Assembly: GCF_046119375.1 (NCBI RefSeq)
Contig: NW_027362761.1
Coordinates: 322,028,001 to 322,092,000, forward strand
Origin: Phyllobates terribilis
Lineage: Eukaryota
Direction: 5' to 3'
Length of the DNA stretch: 64,000 nucleotides
Both the position numbers and the translations under genes were made by a program. The notes beneath the pieces are model-generated. The model made no database searches, was not told where the DNA came from, and was given only the letters and a program-made list of their open reading frames with translations. Shown here piece after piece: positions 50,500 through 61,994 of this stretch. Each line of letters opens with the position of its first letter. Positions within the stretch are counted from its first letter, which is position 1.

Positions 50500-53187
50500 A
50501 CAAAAACAATTCAAAACACCATAGCATACTCATCACAGCTTCATGCGGTCCCAACCCTAGCCCTGCCATTTATTTCCATCTGTATCTTTGCCTAATCAGT
50601 TTGCAAAGAACATGTCTAGCTGTCTGCTGCCGTGGCAGCTGGACAACTCTGAGGTAGTACTCTTACAATACGTGGATGATCTTCTTTTGTGCCCCCACGG
50701 AGCAAGTGTCCATCAGGGCCAGTGTTAGCCTCCTCAAGCATCTAGCAAAACTGAATTGTCGAGTCTCAGCCTCGAAACTTCAGTTTTGCCTCGGTCAAGT
50801 GGTTTTCTTAGGCCCACTGCCCTACTCAGGGTGCCAGACATCTCACAGAAGAAAGAAAGACGGTCATCTACCAGCTACCATTCCCAAAAGATCCCATAGA
50901 GCTGCAACGGTTCCTTGGACTATGTACATATTGCAGACAATGGATCCCAGACGCCTCACGTCTGATGCAGCCCCTATATGATGCATTAAAAGAAGACACT
51001 CTGGCTGATGTAAACAACAAGGACCACCAAGAACTGCTGCAACAAGCCTTTTGAGCAACTAAAGTCAAGGATAATGACAGCCCCTGCCCTTGGAAACCCA
51101 GACTAAGCTCAACCTTTCCATTTGTACGTCTCTGAGACGGGAGGGCATGCAGCCGGAGTACTCACGCAGAGACACTGTACAAAGCAGCGCCCAGTCGGTT
51201 ATTACTCAGCGCATCTGGACCCAGTAGCCAGGGCCTCCCCCCCCTGTCACGCCACACAGCAGTTACTTGAGAAGACGACGGACATCATCCTTGGACATGA
51301 GACTCACATTTACGCTCCACACGATATAGCGGCTGTTCTGGCTTTACAGCAACCTAAACATCTGTCCACACAGAGACATCTGCGGCTGCAGTGTTCGTTG
51401 ATTTTGCCAGAAAATGTGAAATTACACCGGTGCACCACCATCAACCCAGCCACCCTGCTACCAGCACCTGAAGGAGAGGGGAAAGAGTCTCCACCACATG
51501 ATTGTCTGGAACAAATTACTGCGGAGTCAACTCCACTTGTTTTAGTGGGGGAAATACCCTTGGATGACCCAGAACTTACGTTATATACGGATGGATCAAG
51601 ATATGCTGACAGCTCTGGCAGGTTTCATACTGGATATGCTGTCACAACTGAAGATACATTGGTAGAGGCTGCAGCCTTACCCCCCCAGTATGTCAGCACA
51701 GGAAGCCAAGCTCAAAGCTCTGATTGCTGCTTGTCAACAGGCCGAAGGAAAACATGTGAATATATTTACTGACTCGAGATAAGCCTTCGGGATTGCACAT
51801 GATTTTAAAGGAAATCTGGGCATGCAGAGGCTTTGTCACAACTGCAGGTTCTCCTGTGAAAAATGCTGAAAGCGTCAGACAATTGATGGAAGCGGTGCAA
51901 CTACCAAGACAGTTGGCTGTCGTAAAGGTAAAAGCTCATACCCGGCCAGATGCCCCTGAAGCAAGAGGTAATGCACTTGCTGATCTCCAGGCTAAGCGAG
52001 CAGCTCTTCTTCCGACATCCATGTCCATGGCTGTTACGCGGCAACAGGCCAAACAACTAAATTCCGTGCCAACCCAGGATCAATCTGCAGAAGAGCATCA
52101 ACTGGTCCCTCCAATCACAAAGCTACGCTTCACACAGCAAAAAGTCTCTAAAGAAGAACGCCAGTCATGGAAGGAGGCAGGTGCTAAATTGATAGATGGC
52201 CTATGGAAAAAGGAACAACTGTATTGTTTACCTCGACTCCTATATCCAGCCGTTGGAGCCTGGGCCCATACACCGGTACATCGAGGGAAGAATCAAGCTT
52301 TGCTACTGGTACAGAAACTCTATTGGGCTCCAGGAATTTCCACCGTGTTGAGTGCACTGAACAAAGGTTGCACAATATGCCAAACCTGCAACCCAGGTAG
52401 ATTACAGAATGTACCGACAAAACACCTTGCCAAACCAGAGTATCCGTTCCAACGATTGCAAGTTGATCACATCACTCTCCCTAAAGCAGGACGATATGAA
52501 TACTGCTTAGTGGTAGTGGATATGTTTTCCAGTTGGCCAGAAGCATTCGCCGTTCCAAACATGACTGCTAAGACTACCGCCAAGAAGCTGGTCTCTGAAG
52601 TTGTTTGCCGGTATGGAGTCCCAGAAGTCGTCGAAAGTGATCAAGGACCAGCCTTTTCCTCATGCGTATATCAAGAAATACTTACCATGATCGGATCAAC
52701 AGTAGCGTTACATACTCCTTACCATCCACAGTCAAGTGGCAAGGTGGAGAGATTGAATGGCATACTGAAAAGGCAATTAACCAAAATGATGCAGGAGACT
52801 ACGGCCCAGTGGCCTGAGCTCCTTCCCATTGCACTATATCACATACGCACCACCCCCAAAGGGAAACACAAACTGTCACCCTATGAGATACTATTTGGGT
52901 CACAACCAGCTATAGCTCGATTTACCCCACAACAATTATCAGAAGAAACAGATCATGTTGTGCAATATGTGACTCACCTTGCCAAAGCCTTAACTAACAC
53001 CCATGCGTTAGTATCATCTTCTATTCCAGATCCAGCTGATGCAGAAGGTTGTCATACCCTCAAACCTGGAGATTATGTGTATGTAAAGAAGCATTTTCGG
53101 AAACACGGACTAGAACCACTGTATGACGGACCATACCAAGTGTTCCTGACAACCCCAACAGCAGTAAAACATGAATTTTCTGAATAA
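50500..53187 (+). pseudogene. pol: pol remnant: partial RT, RNase H and integrase, with several frameshifts, stops and deletions; protease absent
   Basis: LLQYVDDLLL (YVDD at 50669-80), KLQFCLGQVVFLG, LQRFLGLCTYCRQWIP, LYTDGSRY, VKVKAH. Integrase HHCC (H-PVH...CTIC), LQVDH, ESDQGPAF, SSGKVERLNG, and GPY. Confidence 0.95.
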
Positions 53188-53189
53188 AA

Positions 53190-54237
53190 GTCTAGGGATC
53201 CAACATGTGGCAATAAGGATGTTGGATATTGTAGCCCCTGGGACAAATGTCTTCATGGTGTATGTTATCAAATAACACCGTTTTTATCGATTTGGTACAT
53301 AAATTAGTATTACAGCACTCTGCTTTATGGGACCTGCCATCAGCCACATATTGGGTCTGTGGGAATAATGCATATAAATGGCTGCTCCCAGTCGGAGTAG
53401 GGGGGACTTGTACGCTGGCCCAGCTAACTCCAGCCACTTATCTTATTCCGCATAGTAAAGTAGATATGAGAGCCATCCCTCTCCATACCCTCTATAAACG
53501 TGCTAAGGACAACCACCCCACACCCATCAGGAAGACCTCATTTAGTACAAATGAGTATACCCAATAAGATAGCCAGTACGGTCTTCCTCTACCCCTATGG
53601 TTACACAAATGTGGGACAAATTAGTGGAAGTCACTGATTACTTAGATGACCAGATTTGGAGTGTATTGGAATTAATACTACTGTTGCAGTGCAGAATCAA
53701 CTTATTATAGTGGCCAATCAACATACTTTAGTGCTGGACTATTTGACAGCAGCTCAAGGAGGGATGTGTCAGGTTATAGGCCCAGCCTGTTGTCACTATA
53801 TGGACCCCGACTCTACCATACGGTTAAAGACTAAAATGGAAGACATTAGGAAAATCAGGGAAAAGTATAACAAACATAATAAATTGACCAAAGACAGTTG
53901 GTGGTCTGATACATTTTCCTTTTTAAATCCTGCTAATTGGTTTAAAGGGATTGGTGGATGGATTGCTGGAATATTACAAGGAGTGTTGCATATTGTTGCT
54001 TGCATCTTGTTAATATATGTCTTACTAAAACTAGTCTTTTATTGTATCCCATTTTGCATGAGGAAAACGTGCCAGTCATCAGAGAGGAGCAAGGAGGACA
54101 CTGTTAATCGACATCCAGTGCTACTATACACGGACCTCCCAGATGTAACCAGCATTGAGGACCTGGATGACAAAGAAATGATGATCTTTACCCGCACGCC
54201 CCGATCAACCTCACGTCTGAAGATCAGAGCTTTATGA
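53190..54237 (+). pseudogene. env: env remnant: SU C-terminus plus a gamma-type TM
   Basis: YWVCGNNAYKWLL..GGTCTL (SU). ISD-like QNQLIIVANQHTLVLDYLTAAQGGMC, CX6CC motif CQVIGPACC, and a hydrophobic membrane span. The 5' part is deleted and frameshifted. Confidence 0.9.
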
Positions 54238-54382
54238 TTATATCAACTAACAAGGGGGGATGGACATGCCGCGACAGCCTCAATTGGTAACAAGGGCACT
54301 AATTGAGTGAAGACCAATGTCCCTCAGGCTCAAAGCATGACCCTGGGATAGCACCTCTATTGTTGATAATAACATAATTTTT

Positions 54383-54392
54383 AGGGGGGAAA
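54383..54392 (+). other. Polypurine tract
   Basis: AGGGGGGAAA immediately before the TG of the 3' LTR. Confidence 0.85.
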
Positions 54393-54699
54393 TGTAAAGG
54401 ACATATTGATATTCATGCTATAGCAACTCCATTTTGTCTGCTTGTTTCAAAATCATGTTATCACTCCTTGCATAACATACTTCTTTCCTTCTTTTCTCAT
54501 GCTTTACATGGAACTTTCTCACACTAACTTTTTCTCACAAGAAGATTTTGTCAGACACCCTGCTCCTGTTATCTGACTAGTCTAGGCCAGGATTGACCTT
54601 GTAAATTTCCATCGTGCTTCGAACTAACGATGATAATATGACCATATATGCGTTTCCGTAATAATTGCACTAACATTGGCTCAAACCTGTAGTACTGTA
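54393..54699 (+). repeat. 3' LTR, part 1 (continues at 56266-56292 and 59787-59951)
   Basis: Colinear with 48304-48614 and breaks at a TA. Confidence 0.95.
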
Positions 54700-56263
54700 C
54701 AGTCATGGCCAAAAGTTTTGAGAATGACACCAAAATTATATTTTCATATGATCTGCTGGCCTCTGGTTTTTATTAGTGTTTGTCTGATGTTTATATCACA
54801 TACAGAAATATAATTGCAATCATATTATGAGTACCAATAGGTTATATTTACAGTTAGAATGAGTTAATGCAGCAAGTCAATATTTGCAGTGTTGCCCCTT
54901 CTTCTTCAAGACCTTTGTAATTCTCCCTGGCATGCTCTCAATCAACTTTTGGACCAAATCCTGACTGATAGCAGTCCATTCTTGCATAATCAATGCTTGC
55001 ATTTTGCCAGAATTTGTTGGTTTTTGTTTGTCCACCCGTCTCTTGATGATTGACCACAAGTTCTCAATGGGATTAAGATCTGGCGAGTTTCCAGGCCATG
55101 GACCCAAAATCTCTATGTTTTGCTCCATGAGCCATTTAGTTATCACCTTTGCTTTATGGCAAGGTGCTCCATCCTGGAAAAGGCATTGTTGGGCGCCAAA
55201 CTGCTCTTGGACGGTTGGGAGAAGTTGCTCATGGAGGACATTCTGGTACCATTCTTTATTCATGGCTGTGTTTTTAGGCAAGACTGTGAGTGAGCCGATT
55301 CCCTTGGCTGAGAAGCAACCCCACACATGAATGGTTTCAGGATGCTTTACAGTTGGCATGAGACAAGACTGGTGGTAGCGCTCACCTCTTCTTCTCCGAA
55401 TAAGCTGTTTCCAGATGTCCCAAACAATCGAAAAGGGGATTCATCAGAGAAAATGACTTTGCCCCAGTCCTCAGCAGTCCACTCCCTGTACGTTTTGCAG
55501 AATATCAGTTGGTCCCTGATGTTTTTTCTGGAGAGAAGTGGCTTCTTTGCTGCCCTCCTTGAAACCAGCCCTTGCTCAAAGAGTCTCCGCCTCACAGTGC
55601 GTGCAGAAGCACTCACACCAGCCTGCTGCCATTCCTGAGCAAGCTCGGCACTGCTGGTAGTCCGATCCCGCAGCTGAAACAGTTTTAAGATACGGTCCTG
55701 GCGCTTGCTGGTCTTTCTTGGGTGCCCTGGAGCTTTTTTGACAACAATGGAAGCTCTCTCCTTGAAGTTCTTGATGATGCGATAGATTGTTGACTGAGGT
55801 GCAATCTTTGTAGCTGAGATACTCTTCCCTGTTAGGCCATTTTTGTGCAGTGCAGAGATGGCTGCACGTGTTTCTTTAGCGATAACCATGGTTAACTGAA
55901 GAGAAACAATGATACCAAGAACCAGCCTCCTTTTAAAGTGTCCAGTGATGTCATTCTTACTTAATCATGACTGATTGATCGCCAGCCCTGTCCTCATCAA
56001 CACCCACACCTGTGTTAATGGATCAATCACTAAAACGATGTTAGCTGCTCCTTTTAAGGCAGGACTGCAATGATGTTGAAATGTGTTTTGGGGGTTAAAG
56101 TTCATTTTCTGGGCAAATATTGACTTTGCAAGTACAGTAATTGCTGTTAAGCTGATCACTCTTTGACATTCAGGAGTATATGCAAATTGCCATTACAAAA
56201 AATGAAGCAGTAAACTGGAAAAATTACTATTTGTCTCATTCTCAATACTTTTGGCCATGACTG
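54700..56263 (-). mobile_element. Tc1/mariner transposon, DD35E (Traveler-like), 1564 bp
   Basis: TA TSD (54698-99 and 56264-65). TIR of about 29 bp, CAGTCATGGCCAAAAGT(T/A)TTGAGAATGA. Transposase on the minus strand. Confidence 0.93.
54877..55889 (-). pseudogene. DD35E transposase with one frameshift near 55420 and one codon lost beside the second Asp
   Basis: N-terminal HTH region, VIFSDES, FQ-DGAPCH, LGPWPGNSPDLNPIE. There are 35 residues between the second D and the E. Confidence 0.9.
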
Positions 56264-57932
56264 TAGTATGGCGGTAAGTGATTGGCCATTAACCCCTTTA
56301 CCCCCGAGGGTGGTTTGCACGTTAATGACCAGGCCAATTTTTACAATTCTGACCACTGTCACTTTATGAGGTAATTACTCTGGAACGCTTCAATGGATCC
56401 CCCTGATTCTGAGATTGTTTTCTCGTGACATATTGTACTTCACGATAGTGGTAAAATTTCTTCGATATCACTTGCGTTTATTTGTGAAAAAAATGGAAAT
56501 TTGGCGAAAATTTTGCAATTTTCAAAATTTGAATTTTTATGCCCTTAAATCAGAGAGATATGTCACACAAAAAAGTTAATAAATAACATTTCCCACATGT
56601 TTACTTTACATCAGCACAATTTTGGAACCCAAATTTTTTTTTTTGCTAGGAAGCTATAAGGGTTAAAAGTTGATCAGCGATTTCTAATTTTTCCAACAAA
56701 ATTTACAAAACCATTTTTTTTTAGTGACCACATCACATTTGAAGTAACTTTGAGGGGTCTTTATGACTGAAAATACCCAAAAGTGACACCATTCTAAAAA
56801 CTGCACCCCTCAAGGTGCTCAAAACCACATTCAAGAACTTTATTAACCCTTCAGGTGCTTTACAGGAATTTTTGGAATGTGGAAGAAAAAAATGAACATT
56901 TAACTTTTTTCACAAAAATGTTACTTTAGACCCAATTTTTTTTATTTTCGCAGGGGTAACAGGAAAAAATGGACCCTAAAATTTGTTGTGCGATTTCCCC
57001 TGGGCACGCAGATACACCATATGTGGGGAAAAACCACTGTTTGGGCGCACAGCAGGGCTCGGAAGGGAAGGAGCACCATTTGACTTTTTGATTGTAAAAT
57101 TTGCTTGAATAATTAGCAGACGCCATGTTGTGTTTGGAGAGCCCCTGATACGCCTAAACATTGGAAACCCCCCACAAGTGACCCCATTTTGGAAACTAGA
57201 CCCCCCTGGGAACTTATCTAGATGCGTGGTGAGCATTTTGAACCCCCAGGTGCTTCACAAATTAATCCGTAAAAATGAAAAAGTATTTTTTTTTCACTTT
57301 TACGAATCAATTTGTGGTGCACCTGGGGGTTCCAAGTGCTCACTATGCATCTAGATATGAGCCTTGGGGGAAAATCCGCTCAAATTGTTAGCGGACACCA
57401 TGTTGCGTTTGGAGAGCCCCTGTGTGCCTAAACATTGGAGCTCCCCCACAAGTTACCCTATTTTGGAAACTAGACCCCCCAAGGCACCTATCTAGATGCA
57501 TAGTGAGCACTTGGAATCCCCAGGTGCTTCACAAATTGATTCGTAAAAAAGGAAAAAGTGGGAAAAAAAATAATTTTTCAATTTTACGAATCAATTTGTG
57601 AAGCACCTGGGGGTTCCAAGTGCTCACTATGCAACTAGATAGGTGCCTTGGGGGGTCTAGTTTCCAAAATGGGGTCACTTGTGGGGGAGCTCCAATGTTT
57701 AGGCACACAGGGGCTCTCCAAACTCGACATGGTTCCAATTTGTTAGCGGACACCATGTCGAGTTTGGAGAGCCCCTGTGTGCCTAAACATTGGAGCTCCC
57801 CCACAAGTGACCCCATTTTGGAAACTAGACCCCTCAATGATTTTATCAAGGGGTATAGTGAACATTTTAAACCCAGAGGTACGACACAGAATTTGATAAC
57901 ATTAGGTCATCATATTGAATAAGTTGTCATTA

Positions 57933-58229
57933 GTCTTGAGCGCAAGTACTCGCTACTTGAGTTTGCATCGGGTACTTGGGTATGCACCATGTACTGCGTG
58001 TGCTCGAGTGACATGCTCGAGTCCCTGCCCCGCATGTTTCACGGTTATTAGACACCCAAAAAAAAACATGCGGGGATCGCTCGTGCTTGGCAGGCAATAC
58101 CCGCAAAGTTTTTTTGGCCGCGAAGCATATGGGGCGGAGACTCGAGCATGTCACTCAAATACCCACGATCCTCAAAGCATACCAGAGCACCCGATGCAAA
58201 CTCAAGTAGCGAGAGCTTGCGCTCAACAC
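57933..58229. mobile_element. MITE nested in the piggyBac-like element
   Basis: TA-GTCTTGAGCGCAAGTACTCGCTAC...GTAGCGAGAGCTTGCGCTCAACAC-TA. Confidence 0.8.
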
Positions 58230-58273
58230 TAGTCGCCATATTGCCATCTTTTTTTCTTACTTTTGAAAAAAAT

Positions 58274-58345
58274 CCCAACCCCATGACAACCCTAACCCCA
58301 ACCCCAGCCCAACACTAACACTAGCCCTAGGCCTAACCCTAACCC
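58274..58345 (+). repeat. Degenerate (CCCTAA)n-like hexamer tract
   Basis: CCCAAC CCCATG ACAAC CCTAAC CCCAAC CCCAGC ... GCCCTAG GCCTAA CCCTAA CCC. Confidence 0.6.
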
Positions 58346-59041
58346 GAGAGTTTATTTTTTACGCCGTTCCTCGTGCGGTATAAGTGATTAGACGACTTTA
58401 TTCTTCGGGTCGGTGCGATTACAACGATACCAGAATCATATGGGGTTTTTATAATTGACAGCTGTCACACACTAAAAGACGCATTTTTTTTTGTAAAATC
58501 TAGTTTTTGCATCGCCATATTTTGAGAGCTATAATTTTTCCAGATTTTGGCAGACAGTCATGTGATGGCTTGCTTTTTGCGGGATGAGTTGATGTTTTTA
58601 TTGGTGCCATTTTCAGGCACGTGACATTTTTTGATTGCTTTTTATTCCGATTTTTGGGAGGCAGAATAAACAAAAACCAACAATTCAGGAACTGTTTTTT
58701 TTTATTTTTTTATTCTGTTCCACGTGTGGTAAAATTGATAAGGGAGCTTTATTCTTCGGGTCAGTACGTTTACAGCGGTACCACATTTATATAGTTTTTC
58801 TATGTTTTGGCGCTTTTACACAATAAAAGCTATTTTATAGAAAAAATTATTTTTCAGCATCGTTTTATTCTGAGAGCTATAACTTTATTTTTCGGCTGAT
58901 GGAGCTGTATGGCGGCTTGTTTTTTGCGGGACGAGATGACGTTTTCAGCAGTAGTATTTTTATTTATATTCGTCTTTTTGATCGCGTGTTATTCCATTTT
59001 TTGTTTGGCGGTATGGTGATAAAGCATTGTTTTTTGCTTCG

Positions 59042-59073
<32 letters not shown>

Positions 59074-59786
59074 GTGTTCACTGAAGGGGTTAACTAGTGG
59101 GACAGTTTTATAGGTCAGGTCGTTTCGGACGCGGCGATACCAAATATGTGTACTTTTATTGTTTTTTTTTCATAATATTTATTGATGGGTACATTATATT
59201 TTTATTTTTGGTGGATTATTTTTTTTATTTTTAATAGTTTTACAATTTTATTTTTATTTTCACTTTCTGACAGTTTTTTAACTTGTTTACTTTGTCCCAC
59301 TCTGGGACTTTAACTTTTTTTTCTCTGATCGCCTGCATGGCACAGGAATGAAGCACCATCCCTGTGCAGTGCAGGCTGTCAGCGCTGGACAGGGAGAAGA
59401 TAATTTGGAAATGCACTGCGCATGTCCAAAAAATCTTCCTGCTGTCTGGTGACCCGGATGTTGTCATGACGACATCGGGTCGTCATGGCAACATCCTGGA
59501 AGCCGCGGCAGACAGCGCTGGAGGCCGGAAGAGGAGGTGATTATACCGATCACCTCCCCTTAGCCACCGCAATCATTGCAGGGGTTAATGTGCTGGGAGC
59601 GGTGCGGGACCGCTCCCTGCACATAGCACCGGGTGTCAGCTGTGACAATCAGCTGACACCCGGCGGCGATCGCGCCCGCACAGCCTGTGTGCGGGCGCGA
59701 TCGCAATGACGTACTAATATGGCACAGGCTTTTAACGCCCAGTGCACAAACGCATATTAGTACGTCATAGGTTGTAAAGGGGTTAA

Positions 59787-59951
59787 TAAACTCAAAACTA
59801 TATAAAATGCTAAGTAGAAATAAACGGGGTTAGAGATTCTTTGAATCCTCCCATACAGAGAACTGCCTCCGTTTGGTTTTCTGTGGATTGCAATCAACAT
59901 AATTTGACACTCACTTGGTCAACCGTGAAGGGTTATTGCCCTCTCTCAACA
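59787..59951 (+). repeat. 3' LTR, final part
   Basis: Colinear with 48642-48809 and ends CTCTCAACA. Confidence 0.95.
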
Positions 59952-60593
59952 CAAGTATTTACAACTTTTTCATCCTGATCATCACTTTTCTAAAAGCTGT
60001 GTAGGGGGCATGCTACCAACAGCTTAGCAGACATTATATAAACAGGAACGTAATTTTTTACGGCAAAAACTGGCATAAAATTTAGAACAAATTCTATGTC
60101 TGCTCATTGCAAATGTAAAATGTCTTTTTTTTTTTTTTACAGGAAAAAGATCTGACTAATATATTAGAAGGCCTTTGCTTTACTCCAGTGTACTCTGAAC
60201 TAAGGTTGACGTTTCAATTCCCTTCACTGTGAAGTGTTTCTTCTGCCAAGGGCCATATAAAATCGCTCTCATGCTGTGCATGTAGGCTATAAACATGAGT
60301 CCACTGAACCCAGGGCAATCCATTTTATTTGCATTATGCCTTTTGAAAACTTTTGAATGGTGTCTAATAAAAAACAGACAATGGGAAGGGGAGAAACTTA
60401 CAATTAATGTGTTCATAACGAGATAAACAGTTACATCACAGGAAATCTCTGCTGTAGACATGAAAGATTATGGCATTACTGCCCACTCAGTGAAAGGCTT
60501 ACAGTGTAATGATAATAGGGAAGAGGAAAAATCAGCAGCACAGATCAGGGAGGGATAAAACCAGAGTCACAGCTTAATAACCGTTTTGATGGC

Positions 60594-60976
60594 AGGGAAT
60601 CTGTCAGCAGGTTTTGCTATGTAATCTGAAGACAGCATGCTGTAGGGGTTAAAACACAAATTTCAGTGGTTTTAAAAGCTTGCAATGATTGTTTTAGTAC
60701 CAGTTACTTATCATTGCTCGGACACAGCAGCCCTGCCTCCTGGTCCAGCAATGTCCCCTCCTGTGATGGGCAGCTCACTGTCTATGGATATTGTATATAG
60801 AGAGCCTGGTGTGGGCGAGGCCTGCTGTCTCAGCTCGGCTGCATTGCTAAATTTGAAAACGTATTCAGAATGACTGCACCCAGTAATCTAAGTGATATAT
60901 AGTTGGATTCAGCTTCTCTTTGCCTACATTACGCTGCTTTCATATGAGGTAGTAGAAACCTGGTGACAGATTCCCT
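60594..60976. mobile_element. T2/Kolobok-like MITE
   Basis: AGGGAATCTGTCAGCAGG...GGTGACAGATTCCCT-TTAA. Relative of 19886-20281. Confidence 0.8.
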
Positions 60977-61994
60977 TTAAGCAGAGAGAAGAGAAAAGGT
61001 GGGGGCAGCACAGGAAAAAGAAAACATTAACAAATGGCACCATTAGAAACCACTCTACCTAAAGAGATTGTTGGATTAAATTGAAAAGTTCATGTCATGT
61101 CTTGACAAATGACACCATTTCATCAAGCTGGCAATAAGTTATCAGTTTGTGTTACACAGTACAGGCAGTGCAAAGTACATGAATTCACACTTCCTTCTGT
61201 AAGACAGCAGGAGGGAGAAATCACCCAAGTATTCTGTATCAAGAGAGGCGATAAAAGGGCTCCCTATACATAGCAAGCATCACTGGACAACCCCATCTTT
61301 ATAGCACCGCAGTTCAAGAAAAAAAAAAAAAAACCCGTAATACTTGCCACCTGGACCAGCCCCGTTTCTCCAAGGTTTGTCTAAACAATGTCAAGTGACT
61401 AGTGCTGCCAATCTGCAGCCCACACCCATTTTATGATGTAATTGTGATACATGAAGTGTGAAGGGGTGAAATTAAGTATTTAGTGTCTCCAGCTCTGGCT
61501 GGACTCAAAATGTTCATTTTAATTTGAGGATTATATGGCTATTCTAACAGATTTTTAAAAATAACTACACCAGCTTCATCTTTTCTAAGAGATCTTTTTT
61601 TTTTTTACAATTTATGCAATTTATAAAAACTGGTGACAGACAGGCCGTACAAGGTAAATGCCATTTTGTAAAAGTTTTACATTATAGGCTTCATGCAGTT
61701 TCCAATTGGTGGCAGTCCTGGTCCAGAGTCCCCCACGATTGGTCAAAACACTATTGCGAAGTCCTCATGCGGGCACAGAGCAATATAAGGGCGCAATAGT
61801 AAGTCTACGGGTCTGCACGCTCACTCTCACAGAGCAGTGTACAGACCCATAGAATTACTATTGAACCCATATACCACTCTGTGCGTGAAGCTCATGTAGG
61901 TGGTGGTCTCCGGCTGCAGACCCCCATTGATCAGAAACACTATGCAGAGCCTATGGTATATGATAACTTTTAAAAAATGACCATTACACTTTAA

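Larger units (their letters stand above)
56293..59782 (+). mobile_element. Non-autonomous piggyBac-like element (3.5 kb) inserted in the 3' LTR
   Basis: TTAA TSD (56289-92 and 59783-86) at the single TTAA of the intact LTR. TIR CCCCTTTAC / GTAAAGGGG. Confidence 0.92.
48304..59951 (+). mobile_element. Defective class I (epsilon-like) endogenous retrovirus whose 3' LTR is interrupted by two transposon insertions
   Basis: TG...CA LTRs, PBS, PPT, and gag/pol/env remnants. Imperfect 4-bp TSD CAAA (48300-03) / CAAG (59952-55). Confidence 0.95.

Noticed and set aside
53656-54237. Possible domesticated env (syncytin-like)
   Set aside because: The signal peptide and most of SU are deleted, and the fusion-peptide region is frameshifted.
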